From positions 372,001 through 436,000 of the forward strand of contig ML978127.1 of the NCBI GenBank assembly GCA_010015805.1: a DNA stretch of 64,000 nucleotides. The letters are read 5' to 3'. How positions within the stretch are numbered: position 1 is the first letter of the stretch; the number at the start of each line of letters is the position of its first letter. The position numbers and the translations under genes are program-made. Source of the stretch: Rhizodiscina lignyota (taxonomy: Eukaryota). Under the pieces are notes generated by a model. The model was not told the origin of the DNA. It was given only the letters and a program-made list of their open reading frames with translations, and did not search any database. Positions 11,640 to 25,138 of this stretch are shown piece after piece.

Positions 11640-12214
11640 GACATTCTCATTCTCAAAGGCAAATACATAATGCCAGAGCAAACTCGATCATGTGGCACTC
11701 AGAGGGAGCATCAGGAAAGGAGGTAGAGCGCAGTTTGCAGTGCCATGTATCGACAGTCCCGATGTACTGGATAGCTTCAAGCGGCTGCAGAAATTCATGC
11801 AAGATGCGATGACTCGCATACTTGACGTTGACAGCGCGCGCGTGAATGCCAGAGAATTTATGCATTAAAGATCGCCGCCAGTTGGTAGTTCTAGTTGCGT
11901 ATCACGCTCCACTTGTGCCACCGCCTCGAACAGCACTGCACCGCTCTCTGCTCAACCGCAACACCGCAAACTCGGCGCTCACATGACTGGCGCGTGCAGA
12001 TGCTGAAACACACCGGGGCGTCGTGCTGCATGTTTCAGGCAGGCCTGCGCGCTTGCTAAGCACAAAAGAAGAGCGACTAAGAGCAGGCGACGCTTGATGC
12101 TCGCGGGGCCGTCCCAAGCTCTGCTGCCCCTCCATCGTCACCTTTTTTTCCTCTGGCGCCCTTAAGCAAGCTCTTCCCAAACCTTTTCCAACACTCCGGA
12201 TAGCCGCGTCCTAG

Positions 12215-13501
<1,287 letters not shown>

Positions 13502-13779
13502 GCGGAGAAGAACAGACTGCTAAATGCCTCAAGGCAATCTCCCATCGGGACTCAGGTCCCTCTCTGGAAGCGATCCCAGGAAATACGACTCTGATGATTT
13601 TACGAGCTTCATTGGCGCTTGATCAGTTTCACAAAGGGCTAAAAGTGACATAGACTAAATGAAATACCTCCCATCAAAATGCCTTCAATTTCTGATGCTA
13701 GTTCGTGACTGGAATAAGTCGTTACTGATCGTGAAAAATAGAGCGTAACATGTCCAGTTTGCTAACAACGTTGAGGCAA

Positions 13780-15071
13780 TCACATTGAGATAGTAGCTTT
13801 TCCACTCCTCTTCCTCAAGTTCCGGCCTAATCCTCTCTTCGTCACAGGATTATCACTAACCGTATACGGCCCGAAGTCTGGGCTCCCTCCCAACGTGCCA
13901 AAGATGTCGCCAATATAATTATCCGCCTTCACGCCCTTCGCAAACGTGGAGTCCCACCCATCCAGAATACCCATGACAACCTTGATCCCGGCAAGATAGA
14001 TATTCTGCAGCGCCGGCTCAAACGCACCCTGATCGATATACCATAGATTCTGGCCCGGCGACTCTCCGGGGTACGGCCTGTCAAAGTCGCTCGCGGTGCG
14101 CATGACAATGATCCTGCTGAAGTCCACGAGGCCCGCCTTCGCGGCGCGAGTCATAGCTTCGAGGCTGGCATTGTCCTCCTGCGCCGTCGAACAGTATACG
14201 CCCGTGCCATTGGTGATCAGTGTGGTGAAGTTGGCGAAGGCCTCAGAGAGCAGCGCGCCGCTGTAGTACACGTCGCTCGTGGCAACATCGCATGCTATGA
14301 CGCTCGGAGGCATGGCTGCTGCAGCGTACAATGGCGCAGTCTTGTATTTCGCACGGTATCCGATCGCAGTCTCAGAGTCATTCAGCGCTGCTGTCGACGC
14401 GAAACCAATGGCAATGTCGCGCAGTTTCTCATTAACCTCGAAGACTTCCGTGCCATAGATGACAGGCGGATATTCAGTGGGAGAGTGCGCGCCCTGTGGG
14501 ACGTAGCCGGTCGTAAAATTGCTCGGCATTTCCCTAGCATCGAACTCGTACTGAAGCGCAACTTGAATGGCATAGCGAGCAAAAGTGACAGAGCAGATGG
14601 TTGCAATCTCGGGGTTGATGCCCGCAATGCCGGCGATGAGGAAGTATGTGCTTGTGAGGTCGAAGGCTGGTGAGAGCATGAGAGCCGTGATAGTCGTCGC
14701 AGCATTGATCTCTGTAAGGCGTTAATTGCTGGCTTGCGAGTGTGCTACGTATACTGACCGCTCTCTCCAGTCACCACTTGACAAACTTCTCCATTCGCCG
14801 TGCAATGTGCATCAGGAAAGAGGGGCGAGAAGCCTGTTACGGTGATGTTTTTCGCGAGGATGTTGAATTCCGGTATTCCGTACCAGACATCTCCTTCCGG
14901 ATCGAACATGTCGATTATGAAGACCTTGGGCTTGATCTTTTCCTTGTGCCCGCCATAATTCCAGCCTGGCCATCCACGGCCCTCCAAGGGGCCTGCCGCT
15001 GCGACGGAGAGGAAGAAGGAGAGGAAGAAAGAGAGGCTGAGAAGGTGAACGAAAGACGATATAGCTCTCAT
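13780..15071 (-). CDS. Purine nucleoside permease (NUP) family protein with signal peptide, 2 exons
   Basis: KPKVFIIDMFDPE, VTGESEINAA, YFLIAGIAGINP, TAQEDNA and RTASDFDRP motifs; hydrophobic N-terminal signal. Confidence 0.9.
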
Positions 15072-16548
15072 AGTGCTCTTTGCTATTTTGATTACTTTTG
15101 CGCAATGTTTCTGCGTTAATCTCACACGAGCGTGCAGGGGAGCTTAGAGAGAACCAAAAATTAACAGAAGATTTTTTGTGTGACATGGACGGGAAAGCTC
15201 TATTTTAAGTCGGCGAATTCATGAAGCTCTCCCCGGACTATGACGGCAGGTCGCGTCTCACACGATCTGGTGCTGCAACTCGCTTCCAGGTACACCAATC
15301 CGAAGCTCTTTCAAGTCACCACTGCCGAAGTAGAGTCATTCGCCTGCTGCTCGGACCGCATTAGATGGGGAAGCTGCAGTAGTTGGAGGCGGAAAGAACG
15401 AACGGATATGCCTCATTGGGCATCTCTTGACGAGCGACTGGCCGAGCTTTGATAGACGGCAGCGACACAAAAGCAGGCAAGCAAAAGGAACCACTGTCTT
15501 GGAGATATGGGAAACTTGAAGACCCACGGCAATTGCATAACGAGATCTTTACTGCAGCAGATCACCAAGACTCGAGGCTCCGGTCCACCTTCTTACCCGC
15601 CCTCCGTTCCTCAAGGAAGTTGCGAGCAGCCCCGTTGGTCGAAGACATCAGAAAGATCACAGCGTCACCCTCGCAACTGTTTGCCACGCAAGGCGGGCGC
15701 TTGCCATGGTGCTGGCGGCCGCAACTGCCGTGCAACATCGAATCCGCAGAGCTGCAAGACGCTCCAAGAGCTTCGATGGCGCCTCGTAAAGCGAGGGACT
15801 ACACCGAGACAGGCATCTGGAATCTGTCACAGATATGCCTCGCAGGAGGCCAAGCACAGCTGGAGCGTGGAAACGAGTCAAGCCTCAATCGTCAGGCGGT
15901 AGATCGGAGTTCACGCAGCGATAGTGATGCATGGAAGGATTCCCACTACCAGACTAACGGCTTCTCGTACATACCTAGGGCGGGTAGGAGTGCAACTCGA
16001 GAAGAGACGTCATGAGGTTGCACAGTGAGGACGGCAGACGTTCTTATCAGGCGTTGTCGTCGCTCTATCAGTACTTTCCTGTTACGAGGCTAGCGTCGAT
16101 TGCCGATAATGCTTGGACTTGCTTCTTTTCGCCTTTGCATTGCGTGCCTGGTTGCGGAGGCTGCCGATGCTTCGATGCAAAGTGGAACAGCCTAATATGG
16201 GAAATGCTGCGAACGCTCGTTTGAAATTTGAATAGATAGAGACATGGTTGAGGTAATGTCGTGGAGTTCAAGTAGTTTCTTGGCCATGGACCGCCAAAAA
16301 TTTATGAAAAACGTTGTATGGAGAGAAAGGGCGCGGGGAGGTCGGGAGGATTTGTAGTTCCGGCCACCCGGACGGGGGTTAAAAACCTGGTCGAGATTCG
16401 ATACCGAACTTCGTCAAATCCGGCCAGGCCTTTGGAATTATACCAAAACATCGTTTGGATTCGTATTTCGTCTTGAACTTTGGATGATACTATGGTATAG
16501 GGTATCAAATCATATATAGAAGCAGCCGTGCAAATGAAAGGCTGCATA

Positions 16549-19500
16549 TCAAGGCGTGCCAAATCCGCGACCACACTCCAGCGCAAAACTGAGCCTCTTT
16601 TCCAGCTGCTCCTTGCTCTCATACTCTGGAATCAGCAAGTATCCGTAGCAAGTATGGCTTGATGGCAGCCTGTCGCTGTCACTGCCATCCTTCTGTATGA
16701 TGAACTTAATGCTGCCAATGCCTGAGATTGGCACTCGATCGCTCGCTGTCACAAATTCCAGCAGGCTCCGCTGCTTGTCCGGAGACCAGGCCTTGACAAT
16801 CTCCCAGAACCACTCCACAATCCTATGTGTAGGGGAATATCCACCTTCATACATAGTAATCTCTTCGAGGCCTTCAATGTCGAGGTCCTGGCGGCCTTGG
16901 AGGATCAGCTGCAGGTATTTCGGCGTGAGAATTGAGAGCGCAACAGTGTCGAGGCAGGTGTAAAAGCCTCGCGCAAATGCCTCATATTGCGACTCGATGG
17001 AGGTGACCGTCAGAAACCGAATATACTCCTTTATGAAAATGTGCCGATTTTCGTTCGTTACCATGCCGCCGGAAGAATATGTTCTCCGCCAGGCATCCTT
17101 GCTTTCGGTCTCGTTTAAGCCTCCCTTCCCGTTGGGCATGTCATAGTGAACCGTGTACCCATCAGTCCCTGGCGCTGATACTTCGACGGGCGTTCTTCCA
17201 CCACAGTATAACCAAGCATGATCGAAGCCTGTGGGAGAGTTGATCGTGAACTTGAACTCACGCGCAAACACCTCGGCGACGTCGCCGTCCTTAGGGTCCC
17301 AGTCCCGCAACTGTCGAAGGCCCTTTGCGAGATCCGGCCAGCCATCTTCTATCTCTTCAATAGTCGTCGCCTCTTTCCCAGTGAGTAATCGTTGATATAG
17401 GCATAGCGGGAAATTGACAGGTACAATAGCGCCATTGTAAACTGCAAGCGACAGCAGAACCCCAACGAGTTCCCACTGGTAGAGAGCTACTGGTGAGAGA
17501 GGACGAAACCAACTCATGTGCGTAGCAGGGTCGGTCGTGAACATTCCTTCTGTGTGTTAATAAGACATATTTCAAGGCTTACTCCATGGTAGCATACCGT
17601 AATCTGGTTCAAACACTTTCTGAAAAACGATGTGAAAGAACTCCTGGGTCACGCCGCCTTGATCGATACCTTGTTCTCCTTCATCTTCCCCGACTTTGAC
17701 CTTGAGTGGCTTTATTAGTTCCCGCTTCTCCCGCCCTCGGAGTTGGTTGAAGGCGTCCTCGAGGGCATGTTCTCGGCGCACATCCAGAAGCAATGTTTTG
17801 GAATTGGCGATCGCAAGCCGGCTTCTAAGGTAAGACACTCTTTCAAGAGGCACATTGCCATAATCAAAGATGCGAGCCACCTTAAGGGGTGTACCACTTG
17901 TTCGATATGCCTCGAGCATCTTGGCATAGTTGATGGCACGGAAAGGTCTAACAATGGATTTGAGGAAGAGGACTGGAAATGAGAGTATATGCATCGTGTT
18001 CGGACTCTGTTGATACTTCATGAACGAAGTGGCGAGTGCCTGATCGTCTAGGGTGTCAGGCAAGAAGGAAATGTCGATTGGATCATTTTCAAATTGAAGT
18101 CCGAGTAATTCCTCTGCCACGTCTAGAGATTCATCAGCGAAAGTCCATGTTGGAATCAAAATGTCGTCCTTACACATCTCATTCAACAATTCCATAGCTG
18201 CGCCAACAGCGCTCCAGCGGTTTACGATGGTTTCACCGTTCCATTGCTGTAGGATCAGAGTTCTCAGCCAATCTACAATCGCCCCTGGCAATGACCATTC
18301 CGGGTTTTGATTGTTCTTGACAAGGGAGTGTTGGTATAAGTGTTGGTGAGAAGCGAATTCTTTAAGCAAATGTTTGATGAATGAGACACTATGCCCTTGA
18401 CTGTCGCTTATTTTGGTCGAGTTCTGTCCCATAATTGTTGCATTCAATATCTCAAGATGGCATCTGCGGGCAGCAACCCCCCGAACCAGACGGTAAACAA
18501 ATCGCAGAGCAGGTTCATTAGCTAAGGGTTCGTTGGTGAACCACCCTCCACTCCATTTCGTGTATCGTTGGGGGTATGGCTTGACATCGACGCCAAATGC
18601 TAGCGAAAGCAGTAGAAAAGAACTTGAAACGATACGGACAACCACTTCGTCAGGTATATACTCCGTGTCATGTAAAGGGATGCCCTGCTCGATGATCTGC
18701 TTGAAAGGAGGTGGAGTGAACAAACGGCCGATTGTGAACGAGAGATATTCGAGCAAGCGAAAGCCACCAGAAGGGAAAATGGCAGCTGAAGGTAGAATAA
18801 ACCTGGCAGTTGCAATTTCCAAGTTTGCCCAGATTTCATCTGCCAGTCCACGCGCTTCAAGCAGACTTTGTTGGTGATTTGGGTTTGGCCAACGATAGAA
18901 TGTGATGTTCTTTCGAGGAGTGTTCTTGTTCATGCCAAAGGCTCCTAGCCTGGGCGCATTGCTCTTCTCGAACGTCAGCAGTGCCACTGTGTCAAACACG
19001 CACTGTGTGAGTGATTTGAAGTCTTTCTTGCTCTGTAAGGCGACGTGAAATGCAAGCCAAATCGAATTCTTGGGCCCGTTCGGCTGACTCTTCTGTTGCA
19101 CGACTGATTCGTCGTCGCATGCCCGGTCTGCTTCCGGGACAGAGTAGGAGGTGACAAGCTTGGAAAGGCGATTCTCGTCGAGCTCATGGTACTCTGTCCG
19201 GCCAAAGATTGTGCCGCTTGGTTCATACGTGGCTATTTCCCAAGGTTTCCCAGGACCCATATTATCTCCGCCACTCTCAGCACCAACATAGAATATCACA
19301 GGATCCATGTCCTCTAAGAGACGGTATTCCTTTGCCTGCACGCTAGGAGGATTGTGACATAGTGCTTCGTAAGGCCGGGGTCGGGTCGCCAAAGCATATG
19401 CTTGCATCCGCGCAGTGTAGGCATTCGGCCGTCGAGGAGGTGTTCGTGGTAGACGTTTCTTACAACTCCAGCAGTGTAGAGTAGTGCAATCAGACGAGGT

Positions 19501-19788
19501 GCAGCCATAGCGCAATTGAAGTATGTACCTGCAATAGTTAATGCTGGAGCAGCAAAACCAGAAGATCCGGTGTCAACAATACCTTCTCACAAGCCACTTA
19601 AACTCGACAACTCTTCGATCGTACGCATCGTCGAGATCAATCTCGTCTAGCTTTGAGTTATTAGAGGGGCTTGGATCTGGCTCCAATGTTTCCAGGTTGA
19701 CGTCGTCAGAGACATTGCCATTCGGCCGCAACTCTTCGGGTGTCCGACAATGAGCGGAATCGAACGTATCGGGAGTTTGCCGCGCCAT
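16549..19788 (-). CDS. HECT E3 ubiquitin ligase with N-terminal AZUL-like zinc motif, multi-exon
   Basis: PLKVK..GEQGIDQGGVTQEFF, LLEFVTASDRVP and LPSSHTC (catalytic Cys); C-terminal GFG. N-terminal RRYILQLRYGCTSSDCTTLHCWSC. Start codon uncertain. Confidence 0.88.
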
Positions 19789-20320
19789 GTCTCGTGCAAG
19801 ATGATCTGGCACACATGTGTAACAATTCTCGTCCGCCAGGAATTGGTTGAATAGAGAGATTTATCCGACCAAGTGTTGTGTCCGGATGCTGTGGGGACAT
19901 GGTGGCCCGGCTTGAATCATATAGCTAAAATGAAGCCTGGGCCGCTCCTTCCTTCGATGGTAACCTTGATGGGTGTTCACTACAGGTGCACGGCAGCGTG
20001 TTTAGGAAACTGGCGCGTGAAGAGCGTGTTGCGCGCGTTAAGATTTCGGTGAAAAGTCGGCAGCCAAAAATTTCCAGAGCCACCATGGAAAATGCCGGAG
20101 CTGACGAATACGTCACCTAGCACTTGCACACATGAACCCACAAACGCCGCAACGCATTTGAATTTGAAAACCCACCCAGTCCTTTCTGATATGAGTTGCT
20201 TTTCCCTTTGCGTACACTGTACTTCTCCGCAGCATCTTCCCTCCCACAGCACACCACTCTCAGAGCCCTGAGAATTCGACCACACAAGTACTCTTTCAAT
20301 ATCACGCCCAAACAGCCATC

Positions 20321-22067
20321 ATGGCTTCCACAGCTCCTGGTGGCGTTCAACAGACGCATCCATTTACATGCAATACCTGCCAAGTTGCATTCCGTTCGAG
20401 TGAGCTTCAGCGTGGGCACATGCAGAGTGATTGGCAGTAAGTCTCTCGCTTAATTCATCTGTATATTTGACTAAGACTCGTTCGATAGTCGCTACAATCT
20501 CAAGCGTCGTGTAGCCTCACTTCCTCCCCTATCATCCGAGATCTTCGCCGAAAAGGTCCTCGCGAACAAAGCATCCGCTGCCGCCACTGCCGCACGCGCT
20601 TCATACGAGAGACTATGTCCTGCGTGTCAAAAGACGTACTACAGCGAGAATGCTTTCATCAATCACCTCGCAAGTCAAAAGCACAAGGCCAATGTGGCGA
20701 GAGATCAGAAAGCTACGACGAAGACGGGCGATGATTCCGCATCAATGATGAGCTCGACGTTTTCCTTGGGAGATCCGATAGACACCGCGTCGAATAGTGT
20801 GGTCGATGAGGCTGCAGAGGAGGAGTTTTCCGAAGTTATCAATGGCATGAATGAAACAACATTGGAAGATGCAGCATTTGATTCGTTGGCAAGACGGCCG
20901 TCGAGACCACATCATTCCAGAACAGAAGAAGATAACCGCACTCCACACCCGATTTCCGAGACCGCTACAGAATCTGAATCTGGTGAGACGGAAGGCGCAG
21001 CGCTCCCTCCTTCGGAACCGATCAAGACCTGCCTTTTCTGCAATTTTGCATCGCCTTCTTTCGCTCTCAACATTCACCACATGACCCGTTATCACGATCT
21101 CTTCATTCCAGAGCGGGAATTCCTTGTGGATATGGAGGGATTGATTGGGTATTTGTACGCCAAGGTCACACAAGGCCATGAATGTTTGTATTGCGGAAAA
21201 GCCAAGCACACTGCATCTGGAATCATGACGCACATGAGGGACCGTGGCCATTGCAAGATCGCCTTTGATTCTGAAGAGGAGCAACTTGAGATTGGCCAAT
21301 TCTACGACTTCCGAGCTACATATTCTGACCCCGAAGCCTCCGACGATTCTGATTACAGCACTGAGGAAGATGAGCGTCCATTGAAACGCGGCGGCGCCAA
21401 GCTGGGAGCCAAGCGCAACATTGAGACAACAGTTGATGGCGAGAATGATGAAGACACTGCAATGGACGACGAAGCAGGATGGGAAACTGACTCAACACTA
21501 TCATCTGTTCCCACTGATGAGATCACGGCGGTACCGATAGATGATCACTCCCACCGCTACGCCGAGCTGCACAAAAGCCGGCACCACTCACACTCTGACC
21601 GTCGACCTCACAAGTCATCCGATGGATGGCACAGTCACGCACATTCAACTCCGCACGCCGTGTATTATGATGATTTCGAACTTCACCTACCAAGTGGACG
21701 CACAGCAGGTCATAGAAGCATGAACAGATATTGGAGGCAGAACTTGCGGAGTTATCCATCAGCATCCGAACGTGCAGAACGCCTCGTAATCACTGAGGGA
21801 GATGCTGATGGCGATATCGACATGGATTCACCGTCAGATTCACGTGCTTTGCAGCGTGGTCACGATCGGGGACGACAGTTAGCGACGGTTTCACGAGCAA
21901 ATGGCGGGCTTGGTATGGTTGGGGTAACAGACGCGAAGAAGAAGGAAGTCAGCAAGACGGAAAAGAGGGAGCGGGCGAAGGAGAGGAGACAAGTAGAGAG
22001 GTGGAAAGCTGGAAACGAACGGAGGAACAACTTCCAAAAGCACTACCGAGACCCGTTACTACAGTGA
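20321..22067 (+). CDS. REI1: Pre-60S maturation factor Rei1/Reh1 (ZNF622 family), 2 exons
   Basis: FTCNTCQVAF...HMQSDWH|RYNLKRRVASLPP, second finger CPACQKTY, CLFC and CLYC fingers, HMRDRGHCKI and C-terminal NFQKHYRDPLLQ. Confidence 0.93.
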
Positions 22068-22442
22068 GCGGTTCGAGAGTCAATAGGAGAGAATATTTGC
22101 CCCGCGGAGACGGAGTGGTTGCCATTCCGCGGCTGCCGGTGAAGATATATAGGAGATAGACACGTGAGTATGCAAATTCATGCATTGCTATCCACGTCAA
22201 GTCATTGAGCCTGAGCCCATGTCACTGTTCGCTTAGAGCCAGACTCGCACCCGGCACGTCAGTCCATTCCTTTTCTCGCTTTGAACACGTAACACCCTTT
22301 GTACCACGCCTTTGTTAGCCTAAGAATTTCAGCGTATCTGTTATCTCTCCGGCGCTGCTCCTAGAGCTATACATCTCGTCCTTATTTTCTTCTTTTACTA
22401 CGTTCCACTCCTCACACTAGACCCAAATTCTTCTTGATCACG

Positions 22443-23318
22443 ATGTTTTCTACCACAATTTATCTCCTGGCAACACTCCTCTTCGCAATCATTGCGCCTT
22501 CAATGGCTGGGCTCGCGGGAGTCGACCAGGCGAAGGGAGCCTCCGTGTCAATGCCATCTACACCGACGACGAAATACCCAACGATGTCTGTCCCGGACCT
22601 CTTCAACCTCGCCAAATTGTCAATCACACCTGGTGTCTCCATTATTCACGCCAATGATTCTGCCACAACTTTCACCATGGGGTGCCAAGTACAGGCATGG
22701 CTCACCCAAAGCTACTGCAGTGGTCAGATATACGACCTCGTCACTTTCACGCAGCATGCCACCCGCTGGCAGTTCCAGTGCCCGGTGGCTATGCATCCGA
22801 ATGGTAGTGTTTTCATGCCAACTCCACCAGGCGAGGCTCCGCTCATGGCGGTTTGGACGGGCGACTGTCACTATCCTGATAAGACGACTACGTGTTATGG
22901 GCACGTCACTTCACTCTCGTTCTCTGTCACCTCAGTAGACTCTTACAAGATCCATTCCACTGCTGCTTTTGGTGCGCCTATTCTGGCTGTGGTCACTGCC
23001 GGCGCGGGCAACCTACCACGCTCAACGTCAGCCACGATGACCACCACGTCTACCCCCAAACATGGCGCTATTGTTACAACTACTATCACGAGTACCATGA
23101 CCTCTTCCAGTTTGGCGACAACTCCTCATCCTACTTACTCCACGTCTTCGGAAACGAGTAGTACCGCATCAACGAGTTCTACATCCCGCACCGATCGCCC
23201 CTACACAAATCGTGTCCCGTCGTTGCGTAGATCTCTAGGCAAGTTGGACTTGAGCATGCAACTTGGCGGTTATTTGACGGGAATGGTCATACTGGCGGTG
23301 GCACTCTTCGCTTTGTAA
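22443..23318 (+). CDS. Secreted, probably GPI-anchored Ser/Thr-rich cell-wall protein
   Basis: Signal peptide, Cys-containing domain ending VVTAGAGNL, S/T-rich stalk and hydrophobic C-terminus. Confidence 0.75.
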   Translation: MFSTTIYLLATLLFAIIAPSMAGLAGVDQAKGASVSMPSTPTTKYPTMSVPDLFNLAKLSITPGVSIIHANDSATTFTMGCQVQAWLTQSYCSGQIYDLVTFTQHATRWQFQCPVAMHPNGSVFMPTPPGEAPLMAVWTGDCHYPDKTTTCYGHVTSLSFSVTSVDSYKIHSTAAFGAPILAVVTAGAGNLPRSTSATMTTTSTPKHGAIVTTTITSTMTSSSLATTPHPTYSTSSETSSTASTSSTSRTDRPYTNRVPSLRRSLGKLDLSMQLGGYLTGMVILAVALFAL

Positions 23319-23802
23319 GGGACTGCACCCTTGGGGCGCTTGTAAACGGGCAATGGGGCATGCGAAAGGACTATGTTATTGCAGAATTGCTTTGGGGATG
23401 ATTATTGGCTGTAGAGGCTGATGTTACCGTGAGCCTAGAAAAGATGTTACATGCGAATACCCAATAAAGATTATGTCGTCCTTCATTTCCGTGACTTCCC
23501 TCTTAATTCGCACGCCGAGTGGCAGTTTTTGGTCTTGGCATTCCACAGGTACCGTTTTGCAGCGTGTTACAAGTGATTATTTCACACTTCGTGCCTACTT
23601 TGGATCTCTGCCTTCAACTTCCTTCACACTCTGCGGCTTTCCCAGAACAACCCACAAACTTGATTCAAAATTCCACGATCTCGGTCTGTTCCCTCTCCAA
23701 CCCCCATATTTGTTTAGATACTCTACTTCTTAAAGATGGCAAGTAGAGTTAAATTACGCAACTGCGAAGCGAGGTTTTGGCTTGGATGCCTCACGCCTCA
23801 GA

Positions 23803-24717
23803 ATGCGCCTTTCCACTCTCTTTACGGCCTTCGCACTCAGTGCCACTGGCTATGCCACCATCGCAACGAGCACTCCGGCTCCGACAACTTCAAAACCGCT
23901 GGCGGTTAGGAGCGAACCCACTTGCGGTCCCTCTGCTGGGAACGTGCTGCAGATCTTCGACTACCTCAACTTCAATGTCTCTGGTATCTCTGCCGGAGCG
24001 TCGATCATCAAAGTTGGCAGCTCCGTGGTTAATGCCTCCTATACCATGCCGCAGCTCACACTCACAATGGCTTGCCTGACTCCAACACCAACCGCCGCCT
24101 CTGACTTGTGCAGCTCAGCATCGCTGTACACCTGGACGTACGGACCTAGACTCATGAAATATCAGTTCCCAGAGGAATGGTTTCTCAATGGCCAGCAGCG
24201 CAGCGATTCACAGATCACACCGAGCTTGACGGCGTGGTGGACGGAGAGTTGCGTGTTCTTCGGCGATCCAGTCTCGTCGATGAAGTGCCATGAGCACTGG
24301 ACGTCGTTCACCTTCGATGCTCAGAGGGGCAAGGGGGAGCAGCTTACGTACAGCACCTTTTCTGAGATCACGACTATAGATGTCACGGTGACGGCGGGTT
24401 TGGACAAAATCCCTACTACGATGAATTCGTTGATCGCTGATATGGCTGATCCGCCATTGCCATGTGGGCGTAAGTCTTTGCAATACTCTGCCTTCTCGTG
24501 CTCTGAAGCTCATTTATCTTTAGTTCCAACTCTTTCAGCGAACCCAGGCTCCTCGAACTCTGGAAAGCTGTCCACGGCGACAACAACTTCGGTCTCTCCA
24601 ACCGCTGCTACATCCGCCGACTCTTCTGAGCAGTCCAAATCGAATGCAAACAAGTACATCGCAGCGTTCGCAGCTGTAGCACTCGCAAATCTGGTCGCGT
24701 TTTTGCTTATAACTTGA
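23803..24717 (+). CDS. Secreted, probably GPI-anchored Ser/Thr-rich protein, probable paralogue of 22443..23318
   Basis: Signal peptide MRLSTLFTAFALSATGYA, ASII..C..C..WTESC..C..VTVTAGLDKI, S/T stalk and hydrophobic tail. Probable 54-nt intron at 24470-24523. Confidence 0.75.
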   Translation: MRLSTLFTAFALSATGYATIATSTPAPTTSKPLAVRSEPTCGPSAGNVLQIFDYLNFNVSGISAGASIIKVGSSVVNASYTMPQLTLTMACLTPTPTAASDLCSSASLYTWTYGPRLMKYQFPEEWFLNGQQRSDSQITPSLTAWWTESCVFFGDPVSSMKCHEHWTSFTFDAQRGKGEQLTYSTFSEITTIDVTVTAGLDKIPTTMNSLIADMADPPLPCGRKSLQYSAFSCSEAHLSLVPTLSANPGSSNSGKLSTATTTSVSPTAATSADSSEQSKSNANKYIAAFAAVALANLVAFLLIT

Positions 24718-25138
24718 GGCTCGTCAATGACAGGCGGCGGTATGGAGTTGGGGAAGGGTATGGCAGGTTCACAAAGGATAAACAGTGCCTTCAATCAAGG
24801 CAAATTTAAGTTCATCAAAACTGTGCAATCATAATAAACACTGGCGGAAGTGCATGAATTGAGCTTTGAGCATTGTTCTTCATCGGTTCGAAGAGCAAAA
24901 GTTATTTATAATACACCTTTTCAAACCCTTCGAAAGGCTGTGGTTTCGTCACTCTCGAAAGTGCTCATGGTAGCATAGAAGGATAGGCCTGATAGGTGGT
25001 GTGAAATGACCCCTGTCATGCGCTCCTTGGCACTGGTACGACTTCAACATGCTCTCCCTTGAACGGACAGCTATTGGATATCTGTGTTTTTGATCCAATG
25101 CTGGACAGATAGCAACAGAAGGTGGCTTTGGTGCCGCA

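Noticed and set aside
15449..16015. 188-codon plus-strand ORF
   Set aside because: Non-ATG start, no recognisable domain, and located in the NUP upstream region; probably chance.
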